Below, in pieces: positions 51,051-59,797 of a stretch of 64,000 bases of DNA. The notes under the pieces were generated by a model that ran no database searches, was not told the DNA's origin, and saw only the letters and a program-made list of their open reading frames with translations. Every line of letters starts with the position of its first letter. The stretch's first letter is position 1. Source of the DNA: Tubiluchus corallicola. Lineage: Eukaryota; Animalia; Priapulida. The stretch is taken from NCBI GenBank assembly GCA_030141605.1, contig JAQGDQ010002369.1:744001-808000 (forward strand), read 5' to 3'. The translations under genes and the position numbers were made by a program.

Positions 51051-52423
51051 GCCTTTTTTCCTTTCTTGCGGAAATAAAGCTCAATTTCTTCAAGAGTTTT
51101 GCTTTTCGTTTCTGGCAAGACGAAGGTTGCAATGATAAAGTAGATCACTGTGAAGGCACCGCACATCCAAAATGCTCCTCCATATCCAATCCATGAAACG
51201 AGGTCGAGATAAACAGTGGCTAAAATAGTCGAGGCCATGGAATTCAGAAAAAGGGCCAAAGCCATTCCCCTTCCTCTGATTGGCATTGGCAGTAGTTCCG
51301 AAATAGCTAACCAAACGACTACGCCGGGCCCAATAGCAAAAAAGAGGATGAAACCGATCAGACCGCCCATGACGAGATACCCCTTCAAAGAGCCTGATTG
51401 TAAAAAAAGATCGCAAGCTCCAGTGAAGAATAGAGCGATAACAACTCCTGCCGTTCCGATGATCAAAAGAGGTTTTCGTCCTAATTTATCGACCAATAGA
51501 AGGGCGATGATTGTCATGATGAAGTTCATCAGTCCCACTCCGACGGATCCCAGCATCGAAATGATATTGGAGGCAAGTCCTGCTTCTTTGAGAATCACAG
51601 AGCTGAACTGCAAAAAGATGTTGATTCCGGTCAATTGATTGAGACAGGCAACAGCCAGGGCAATAATGAGAGGAAGAAGATAATAGTGTCTCCATTTCCA
51701 TCTTTTCCGGGATATGGGATTGAGCTCGTCCAGTTCCATTTTCAATTTTGCCATTTCCTGAAGTTCTAACTGGGAAGCATTCACTGTTCGGGTTTTCAAG
51801 AGCGCCTGAAAGGCCTGGTCTTTTCTTCCCTTGGCAAAGAGCCAGAAAGGAGATTCAGTCAGGAAAAAGGATCCGATGAACAGTAGTCCTGCAGGAGCAA
51901 GTACACAGAGGAACATTCCTCTCCAGTCTCCTGAGCGGGCAAACGGGATATCAATGACATACGCGAGAAGTATCCCGCCTGTCAAAAAAAGCTGAAACGT
52001 CGCAACGCTTCTGCCTCTTAACTGGGAAGGAGCTGTCTCAGAAAGGTAAAGAGGAATAACGATCGTAATGGTCCCGATCCCAATTCCCTGGATCAAACGT
52101 CCTGTTAAGACAGTAGAAAATTCATGGGAGCCGACCAAGACGATCGTTCCAACAATGACGAAGACCGCTGCTATGCTGATCATTTTTTTGCGGCCGAAAA
52201 AATCTGCCAATGGACCTGAGATCAATGTTGCGATCGAGCCTCCTCCTAAAACGGCAGCTACGATTAGTGAAAGCTCCGTTGTTGAAAGAGAGATATCTTT
52301 CTTCATGAAAAGAAGAGCTCCAGAAATCACTCCGATATCGTATCCGTAAAGAACTCCTCCAATCCCTGCAAAAAGAACAATGAAGAAGGTGAACAATCTT
52401 CTTGGAACAGCGGAACGTTTCAT
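51047..52423 (-). CDS. Sugar porter family MFS transporter
   Basis: GYD.GVISG, D.FGRK, Y.SE.AP...RG, QLTGIN, D.LGRK and PETK.K.LEEI motifs. Confidence 0.94.
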   Translation of the reverse strand: MKRSAVPRRLFTFFIVLFAGIGGVLYGYDIGVISGALLFMKKDISLSTTELSLIVAAVLGGGSIATLISGPLADFFGRKKMISIAAVFVIVGTIVLVGSHEFSTVLTGRLIQGIGIGTITIVIPLYLSETAPSQLRGRSVATFQLFLTGGILLAYVIDIPFARSGDWRGMFLCVLAPAGLLFIGSFFLTESPFWLFAKGRKDQAFQALLKTRTVNASQLELQEMAKLKMELDELNPISRKRWKWRHYYLLPLIIALAVACLNQLTGINIFLQFSSVILKEAGLASNIISMLGSVGVGLMNFIMTIIALLLVDKLGRKPLLIIGTAGVVIALFFTGACDLFLQSGSLKGYLVMGGLIGFILFFAIGPGVVVWLAISELLPMPIRGRGMALALFLNSMASTILATVYLDLVSWIGYGGAFWMCGAFTVIYFIIATFVLPETKSKTLEEIELYFRKKGKKA

Positions 52424-52546
52424 AGAGAATCCCCTTTTCCTCAATATTCAAATTCTCCCAATTTAATAAAAGACTTTTCAGATGAATATTAATTGAATAT
52501 TTCTCTATGGGAATTAATTAGATAATTTCTTGAAACACGATCGGTA

Positions 52547-53220
52547 TTAGTCCAAGAAGGCTTTTGCTAGTTGAATAGTGCGGGGATGCATGCTGATCCA
52601 GCTGTGTCCCGCATTAACGCATTTTAGAGTATAAGTGGTCTCTAAACAGACTTCCAAGATTCCAACCTTTCCATCATGATCTCCATCGATCCAAGGGTTG
52701 GCGCCAAAGGTTCCTGCGATTACAAGAACACCCATCGTTTTAGGAAATCTCCCTAAATAGGAAAAATCCTTTTTCTCCATCAGTTCCTTGCCTGATTTGG
52801 ATCCTAGGATCCATCGGCAAAATCGATATTGGGATAATTTTCTCGCAAAAACAGATCCTCTGTTTGGCGGGGCGATCAGCACGGCTTTTCCTTTTTTTGC
52901 CTCTGAAGGACAATCGGGGTGATTGACAGCGGCCCGGACGACGAGCCCTCCCATGGAATGAGAGATGAAATCGATCGGTTCCCCAGGATGCGCGCTTGGG
53001 CCATTTCATTGAGTGTTCCCACAAGATTTTGAGCGTGCTTCTGAATGGTATCTTTTCTCGAAGCGTACCCGTAATTGATCACATCCCAGCCTTCTTTTTC
53101 AAAAGATCTCGCCATGGGGTACATGAACACTTTCGGACTCATGAATCCATGAACACAGACAAGATTTCGGGCATCTGCCTGGCTGATTAATAGAAAGAAA
53201 AGAAACAACAGGGCCTTCAT
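52547..53220 (-). CDS. Secreted lipase/esterase-like alpha/beta hydrolase, frameshifted
   Basis: VHG, (HS)MGGL..R, APPNRGS, DG.V and H motifs. Confidence 0.8.
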
Positions 53221-53348
53221 GACCACCTATTATATACTGACTTTGATTAAGGGAATATATCTCATATATTAAGGGAAAGTAAAAATTTTAATTGTTAGCA
53301 AAAGCACACTCTCGATATATTCCCCGGCTAAACAGGAGGTATCTTTTT

Positions 53349-54235
53349 ATGTTGATGATCAGCTCTCGCAAGTACTTCTTCAACCCCGAAGAACATGCAC
53401 CTATGGTGCAAGTCGCCAAAGTGATGGCAGATGGAAACTTTGCGAAAGATTGCAATCCTTCTTTGGATGTTTTGAAAAATAAAAGGATTCTCGTTCTTGT
53501 CCATGGCTACAATGCTGATGAAAAGAGAGTTGTGGACGCCTATCACGAAGTTCGGGGCAAAGTCCATTCTCAGTCTTATTGAGCCATGGCAGGGTTGCCT
53601 ATGATGCAGTTGTTGGTTACCTCTGGCCCGGCAAAGGAAGTGCCGTTGACTATTTTCCCGCAAAAGAAAACGTGGAACTGTCTGCAGTACATCTACGTGA
53701 TCAATTGGAAAAGTTATGTGCTATTGCATCCAAAGTAGATGTCCTGGCCCATAGCATGGGAAACCGGGTGGCATTAGAAGCGATGAATCATATGGGGGGA
53801 GTTAAGCCTATCCGGAATTTCTATTCTTTAGCTGCTGCCATCGATAATGAGGCAGTTCAAACAAATGGGCGGTATGCGAAAGGGATTGAGAAGTGTGAGA
53901 GAGTTTATGCCTTTCATTCCCGGGAAGATGATTCGCTGAAATACCTTTATCAACTGGCAGAGTTTGATCGAGCCTTTGGATATGATGGAGCAGAAGAGTC
54001 AAACAAACTGGCTGATCATGTGCAAGTTCTAGACTGCAGTGAAGTAGTGGATGGACATCTAAAATATCGTAGTTCTCCTGAAATCTTTGAAATAGCGCGG
54101 AAGATATTACTAGGACAGCTTCCCAATGCCCAACAGCTTAAGGTGCTGCCAGGAGGAAAAATCGAAGTGATTTCTGGAGGCAGAAGATCTCTCTTCGAGC
54201 TTTTCTGCGGAGCGATAGGATCCGTTTTCTGTTGA
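53349..54235 (+). CDS. DUF900-like alpha/beta hydrolase, frameshifted
   Basis: VHGYN, WP, AHSMGNRV, AAAID and S..D..L motifs. Confidence 0.82.
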
Positions 54236-54255
54236 GAAACGAACCCGAACTCAGA

Positions 54256-55152
54256 TTAAGAAGCTTCTTCCTCTGCGAGAAGTTTCTCCAGTTTTTTAGA
54301 CGCTTTGGAAATGGAGACACCATGGGAATCAATCCCGCTCCATGGATTTTTTCGCCTCTGGAAAATGTTTTTAATGTTGAACTTCTGAGGGTGGAATCCT
54401 GAAGAAAAGAGTTCGTTCCAATCAATGGGAGTGGCAACGGGTGCTCCATTCAACGCTCGAACTCCATAGGGGGCTACCCCAGTCTGGGCATAGGCATTGC
54501 GAAGATAATCGATGAAAAGCCTTCCCCTTCTTTTCTCAAGGCGTGTTTCCGTTGTGAATTTTTTGGGTTCTTTTTCAGCGATTAAATTGGCGATCCTCCG
54601 AGCAAAAGATCGAACAGTTGCGAAATCAGACTCTCTTTTCAAAGGTATGACTAGATGCACTCCCTTGGATCCTGTCGTCATGAGATAGACTTTGAAGCCC
54701 AATCCTTTTTCCAGAAGCTGCCTAAGTGCTTTCGCTCCTTCTTTGACGAGGCTCATATTGTTTTTCGGAGGATCAAGATCGAAGATCAGTCGGTCAGGAA
54801 CATTGAGCTTGTCTTTCTTTGAAAGCCAAATATGGGGAGAAAGGCATGCCTGATTCGCTAAATACGTCAGAGTATCCTTGTCATTACAGACAAGCATGCG
54901 AATGCTCTCCTTAGACTGTCGTTTGATCGCTTTGGTTTTGATCCAGGAGGGGAAGTAGTCGGACACGTTCTTTTGGACGAATCCATCTTTGTTGATGCCA
55001 TTGGGAAATCGAAACATGGTGATAGGCCGGTCTTTGATAAGGGGCAGCATTTTCGGTGAGATTTTTTTATAGTAATTGATCAGATCGAGTTTTGTGTACT
55101 TGTCTTTGGGGAAAAGGATTTTATCAGGATTGGTGATCTCTACTTTGGGCAT
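54256..55152 (-). CDS. ligD: LigD polymerase/primase domain (NHEJ)
   Basis: R.P.G, F.QK, FDLDP, T.GSKG.H, IDYLRN, PY..RA and TP..W.E motifs. Confidence 0.93.
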   Translation of the reverse strand: MPKVEITNPDKILFPKDKYTKLDLINYYKKISPKMLPLIKDRPITMFRFPNGINKDGFVQKNVSDYFPSWIKTKAIKRQSKESIRMLVCNDKDTLTYLANQACLSPHIWLSKKDKLNVPDRLIFDLDPPKNNMSLVKEGAKALRQLLEKGLGFKVYLMTTGSKGVHLVIPLKRESDFATVRSFARRIANLIAEKEPKKFTTETRLEKRRGRLFIDYLRNAYAQTGVAPYGVRALNGAPVATPIDWNELFSSGFHPQKFNIKNIFQRRKNPWSGIDSHGVSISKASKKLEKLLAEEEAS

Positions 55153-55154
55153 AA

Positions 55155-56693
55155 CTACCTGCTTCTTTCTCTTTTGATACTTTTTGCGGATTTGTCAGTA
55201 CGTAGACCGATGAAAGAGGGATGTCTGAGTTTCCCATCTCTTGTCCATTCGGTGAATTCAACTTCTGCCACAAGCTTCGGCTCCACCCAATGGGCACTCC
55301 GTAATGGGGGTTTACCTGTTTTAAAGGGGCAGGTTTTCCGTTCCATCTTTTGAAGTCGTTTTCCCAGTTTTTTTAAAAATTCGGTGTTGTATCCGGTTCC
55401 GACCTTGCCAGCAAACTTCAGTCCTCCCTTCTCGTGAAACCCGATAAGGAGCGCACCGAATCCCACCCTTGATCCTTGAGGAGGAGTGTAACCACCGATT
55501 ACAAATTCATGCCGGTTGACTGCTTTGAATTTCTGCCAGTCTTTTGTCCTTCTCGAGGCGTATTTTGAATTTGCCCTTTTGGCTATCACGCCTTCCCATC
55601 CTTTTTTACTGGCTTCTTTGAAGTATTTTTCTCCTTCCTTGAGTCGATGAGGCGTGTACCGAATGACACTGTTGTATTGAAGAACGCTTTTTAGTAGTTT
55701 TTTTCTTTCTATCAGAGGGACTTTGGTTAAATCGAACCCTTCAAGATGGGGAAGATCAAATGCATAAAAGTGGATCTTGATTTTCCTTGCTGCAGCGGTT
55801 TTCTCTTCTTTTTTCAAATTGAGACGCGCCTGCAATTTGGAGAAGCTTGTGATCTTTTCTTCGAAAGTGACGATCTCTCCATCTACTATGAAATTTTTGC
55901 ACTTCTGTTTTTTGAAGGCTTCTACTAGCTCGGGATAAGTCCGATCCAGTCTGTTACGGTTACGGGAATAGAGGTGCACCTCGTTTCCTTTCTTAAAGAC
56001 AAGACATCGCACACCATCGAACTTCGGCTCGAAAATCCATTCCTTATCTGAAAAAGGCGTCTTGACGAGAGTGGCCAATTCAGGGCCCAACCAGCTAGGC
56101 TGCCTTTTTGGCCGCGCGTTTTCTTTTACTTGTTCTACGGTTTTTTGGGATTTCACACTTTTAGGAGAGCTTTTTACGATATTTTTCTTATCGTGGGCCT
56201 CCTTGTCCCGCATTTTGATCAACAACCAGTTCTTGTCTCGAAAACGGACGAGGGCAAAGCCTCCCTTGAGTTTCTTTCCTTGGAGCCAAATTTCAATCCT
56301 TCCTTTTCGGAAGCATTTGTCCATAGGGACTTCCTCTCCCTTCGCGTCCTTTTTTAAATTCCGATATCGCCCTTTGTCCCAAACGATAATTGTTCCTGCC
56401 CCATATTCTCCTTCGGGAATAACCCCTTCAAAATTGGCATATTCCATGGGATGATCTTCGGTAAGAACGGCAAGTCGTTTATCTTTTGCTGAGGTCGAAG
56501 GACCTTTGGGAACAGCCCAGGACTTTAAAGCCCCGTCTATCTCTAGGCGGAAATCGTAATGAAGTCTTGATGCATCATGTTTTTGAATGACAAAGAGAGG
56601 TTTTTTCCCTGATGATGCTCGCTTCTTACCTTCTGGTTCACGAGTCTTTGAAAAGTCTCTCTTCTTTCGATAAACTGTAAGTGAATCCTTCAT
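55155..56693 (-). CDS. ligD: LigD 3'-phosphoesterase + ATP-dependent DNA ligase
   Basis: Y..KRDF.KT.EP, QKH.A..LHYDFRLE and SWAVPKGP; E.KFDG.R, DGEIV, EG.IAK, W.K.K and LRHP.F motifs. Confidence 0.94.
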   Translation of the reverse strand: MKDSLTVYRKKRDFSKTREPEGKKRASSGKKPLFVIQKHDASRLHYDFRLEIDGALKSWAVPKGPSTSAKDKRLAVLTEDHPMEYANFEGVIPEGEYGAGTIIVWDKGRYRNLKKDAKGEEVPMDKCFRKGRIEIWLQGKKLKGGFALVRFRDKNWLLIKMRDKEAHDKKNIVKSSPKSVKSQKTVEQVKENARPKRQPSWLGPELATLVKTPFSDKEWIFEPKFDGVRCLVFKKGNEVHLYSRNRNRLDRTYPELVEAFKKQKCKNFIVDGEIVTFEEKITSFSKLQARLNLKKEEKTAAARKIKIHFYAFDLPHLEGFDLTKVPLIERKKLLKSVLQYNSVIRYTPHRLKEGEKYFKEASKKGWEGVIAKRANSKYASRRTKDWQKFKAVNRHEFVIGGYTPPQGSRVGFGALLIGFHEKGGLKFAGKVGTGYNTEFLKKLGKRLQKMERKTCPFKTGKPPLRSAHWVEPKLVAEVEFTEWTRDGKLRHPSFIGLRTDKSAKSIKRERSR

Positions 56694-57267
56694 CGCTTTT
56701 TCCCCCTTCTTCCGTTTCTGTATCATAACGGGGATCAAGGAGCAATAAGGATTTTTGATTTCGAGCGGCAACTTGATATCCGCAGCCTTTCAAAATGCGT
56801 GGTTTTCTAAATGATTCAATGACAGGCCAGGTCCGACAGACCATAGGGCGAGTTCGGTAATGTGCACATCGGCCATCTTTTTTCAAATATCGGCATCCCA
56901 TAACCCACATTGGCTTGCCATCACTCTCGATTTTCTCCTTTTGACGAAGGTAAAATCCATTGAACTCAGTATTCCAAAAGAGAAGGAGTCTGCCCAATAT
57001 TCCTTTTCGGTATTCCAATAAGATATAATGGCAGCAATTGCCCCGTCTTTTGCACTTCCCTATTTTTTTAAAAGGAGGACGAATGATCCATCGGGCAACC
57101 CTTTGCATGGAAAGATCCAAAAGTAAAAAGGGAAGGATCATTATTTTAACAGGCCACCTCAACCATCCGCCAATGAGTTGGCGAGGAATCCCTTCCTTCG
57201 GAGGTGCGGGAGGAGCTGTAGACTCCCCTGCTTCGGAAATAAGCTCTTCTATAAGTTTCAACTTCAA
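56638..57267 (-). CDS. YkgJ-like (CxxCxxCC) cysteine cluster protein
   Basis: C..RG.CC, C.YL...C..Y..RP..CR.WP and CGY; likely TTG start overlapping the upstream stop. Confidence 0.75.
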   Translation of the reverse strand: MKLKLIEELISEAGESTAPPAPPKEGIPRQLIGGWLRWPVKIMILPFLLLDLSMQRVARWIIRPPFKKIGKCKRRGNCCHYILLEYRKGILGRLLLFWNTEFNGFYLRQKEKIESDGKPMWVMGCRYLKKDGRCAHYRTRPMVCRTWPVIESFRKPRILKGCGYQVAARNQKSLLLLDPRYDTETEEGGKSDEGFTYSLSKEERLFKDS

Positions 57268-57902
57268 GCTTTTTTCTCTTTTTGATAAATCCAATAACAC
57301 TGATAGGGATCTGCGATCAAATCGACATAGCAACGAAAGTGATCTTGGCGCAGCATGTGAAACTTCACATCGAATGTCTGAGTATAGTTGTGCAGTTGCC
57401 GAAAAGCTGCAAAACCAATTCCATTGAGAGCAATACTCTTGATATGACAGCTTTCTCTAAAAAACAAAATTCCCTCAGACTTCAACCAGCGAAAAATTCG
57501 ATCACGCAGTTGTACCACTTCTTCATCTTTTAAATACATCAGAAGCCAGTTTATGAAGACAAAATCGAATTGGTTAGAGGCAAAATCGAGGTCCATTGCA
57601 TCGGAGAGAATGTATTGGATATTTTTTCGATTCTTGTTCTTCTCCCTGTTCTTGTCTAAAAATTTTTTTATAACATCGACACAGACGAGGGACTTTGCCT
57701 GATCTGCCAGATGCCCTGTCAGCCTTCCGATCCCTCCCCCGATTTCCAGAACATCCTGATTTTTTAATGAGGGCAGAATTCGAAGAGTCTCCTCTCTATC
57801 CTGTTTCATTAACTCATCACGGGAATCGAGGATCATTGTTTTCTCTTCGGAAGGAAGACTTCCCCAGAACTGAGTTGTTTTCTCTCTTCTTTCTTGTTCC
57901 AT
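57264..57902 (-). CDS. SAM methyltransferase resembling the N-terminal domain of phosphoethanolamine N-methyltransferase
   Basis: M.LDS, LE.G.GIGR.T, NWLLMYL.D.EV, FFRESC and Q..W.YQK motifs. Confidence 0.8.
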   Translation of the reverse strand: MEQERREKTTQFWGSLPSEEKTMILDSRDELMKQDREETLRILPSLKNQDVLEIGGGIGRLTGHLADQAKSLVCVDVIKKFLDKNREKNKNRKNIQYILSDAMDLDFASNQFDFVFINWLLMYLKDEEVVQLRDRIFRWLKSEGILFFRESCHIKSIALNGIGFAAFRQLHNYTQTFDVKFHMLRQDHFRCYVDLIADPYQCYWIYQKEKKA

Positions 57903-57957
57903 TCCTGAATCGCCGGATTTCAAAAATTCAATATGATTTTTGATCACTGGTATTACA

Positions 57958-58094
57958 TTGACTTTAATCAGTATGCAAGAGAAAATGCTTCATAAATGAA
58001 ATTTTGGACATCTATGAAAGCACTTACCGTAAGTATTTTCTCCTTGATCGGATGTTCAACCGTTATTGTGCCCCTCGGGGCATAATCTTTTTTT
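57958..58094 (+). promoter_or_regulatory. brnQ leader: promoter, Ile/Leu/Val-rich leader ORF and terminator
   Basis: TTGACT-N17-GAAAAT; ORF 58014-58085 MKALTVSIFSLIGCSTVIVPLGA; hairpin attgtgcccc/ggggcataat followed by T7. Confidence 0.5.
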
Positions 58095-58145
58095 CTTACC
58101 ACCAGATCTTTTCAAACAACACATTTATCAAGGAGAATCAAAACC

Positions 58146-59273
58146 ATGTCAGCTAAAGAATCATCGTTAAAAATTTGGGCAGCCGGATTTGCTATGTTCG
58201 CAATGTTTTTCGGATCGGGAAACCTAGTCTTTCCTATTTTTCTAGGAACCCAAGTACAAAGCCAAACCTGGATTGCAACTCTGGGCCTGATGATTACTGC
58301 TGTCGTGGTACCCTTTTCAGGAGTTCTCTGTATGATTCTTTATCGGGGAGATTATCAGCAATATTTTCGTCTTCTCGGTAAAATTCCATCTTTGATCGTC
58401 TGTACAAGCATCATTGCCCTGATCGGCCCGTTCGGCGTTCTTCCGCGATGTCTCACCATTGCTCACGCGACTGTAAAAATGTATGCTCCCGGCTTTCCGC
58501 TCATTCTTTTCAGTGGGTTGGCCTGCGCGTTGATCTTTTTGGGGACTATGAAGAAGGGAAGGTTAATCTCTTTGCTCGGTTACCTCTTGACCCCGGTACT
58601 TCTCTTCACCTTGGTGATCATCATCATTAAGGGATTTCTTCAAAGCACCCCTCCCTTGCAAAATACCTATACTCCGATCAATGCCTTTGGAAGAGGAATA
58701 TTAGAGGGATACAATACAATGGACCTTCTAGCGACATTCTTTTTCTCCAAAGCTGTTCTGAGTTATTTCCAGAGAGACGAGTATCCCACTTCACCGGCTT
58801 ACATTGTCAAATCCTCGTTAAAGTCAGGAATCATTGGAATGGGCCTTCTGGCCATTGTTTACATTTCTTTCTGTTTTTTGGGAGCTTCCTTCACTCCTTT
58901 TCTAAAAGATGTACCACCAGAGCAGATGTTGATGGCCATTGCTTTCAATGTTCTGGGACCTATCGGAGGGATCCTTGCCAGTATAGCCATCGGTCTTGCC
59001 TGCTTGACCACGGCTATGGCCTTGGCCGAAGTTTCTGCGCGCTTCCTCTCTCAACAATTGACCAATGACAAGCTCAAGCCCGCGTATTCTATGTTGATCG
59101 TACTGGGAATCTCTTTGGGTGTTTCCACATTTGAATTTTCCGGAATTGCCAGATTTTTGGTTCCGGTTGTCAAAATTTGCTACCCTTTTCTAATTATCCT
59201 TACTATGATCAATTTGATTTTGAAATTCGTCCCTGTACGACTCTTTAAAAAAAAGGAAGAGTGGTGGAGCTAA
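58146..59273 (+). CDS. brnQ: Branched-chain amino acid transport carrier
   Basis: FAMFFGSGNL.FP, GP....PR, G..LTP.L, GY.TMD.LA, LACLTTA and YP motifs. Confidence 0.93.
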   Translation: MSAKESSLKIWAAGFAMFAMFFGSGNLVFPIFLGTQVQSQTWIATLGLMITAVVVPFSGVLCMILYRGDYQQYFRLLGKIPSLIVCTSIIALIGPFGVLPRCLTIAHATVKMYAPGFPLILFSGLACALIFLGTMKKGRLISLLGYLLTPVLLFTLVIIIIKGFLQSTPPLQNTYTPINAFGRGILEGYNTMDLLATFFFSKAVLSYFQRDEYPTSPAYIVKSSLKSGIIGMGLLAIVYISFCFLGASFTPFLKDVPPEQMLMAIAFNVLGPIGGILASIAIGLACLTTAMALAEVSARFLSQQLTNDKLKPAYSMLIVLGISLGVSTFEFSGIARFLVPVVKICYPFLIILTMINLILKFVPVRLFKKKEEWWS

Positions 59274-59797
59274 TTTTTTTCACTTCTATCCTGATTCTCA
59301 TCCTCAGTGTTGTTTATTACGCACTGAGGTATGGGATCGGGCCAACACCGTCCGGAAAATCCGCCATTGAGGAAATTGCCTCTCTCTCTCAGAAAAATCC
59401 GGAAGGCACGATATTGGAACTGGGATCCGGCTGGGGAACTCTCACCTATGTTCTTTCAAGGAAAAATCCAGACCGAAAAATCAACGCTTATGAAATCTCA
59501 CCTTTTCCCTGGCTCTGTTCTCTTGTTTTGCTATGGAGACGAAAAAGACTCTCTTTGAAGAGGAAGGATTTTTACAAAGTCTCTTTTGAAGAAGCATCGG
59601 TCATCATCTGCTACCTTTACCCTGGTGCTATGAAGAGACTGAAAGAAAAATTCGAAGAAGAGCTTGTAGATGGAACAATCATTATCTCGAATATTTTTTC
59701 CATTCCAGGCTGGAAGCCTGCTTATGTGAAAGAGCTCGATGATCTCTACAGAACGCCGATCTATTGTTATTGTTTTTCTCGCACTTCTATGGAATAG
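59261..59797 (+). CDS. Small membrane-anchored SAM methyltransferase
   Basis: P.PS, ELGSGWG, YE.S, CYL.PG.M and SN.F motifs. Confidence 0.82.
   Translation: MVELIFFTSILILILSVVYYALRYGIGPTPSGKSAIEEIASLSQKNPEGTILELGSGWGTLTYVLSRKNPDRKINAYEISPFPWLCSLVLLWRRKRLSLKRKDFYKVSFEEASVIICYLYPGAMKRLKEKFEEELVDGTIIISNIFSIPGWKPAYVKELDDLYRTPIYCYCFSRTSME

Noticed and set aside
50213-51638. Long antisense ORFs over the nag operon (and similar ones elsewhere)
   Set aside because: They are shadow ORFs of well-supported genes on the opposite strand, with no motifs.
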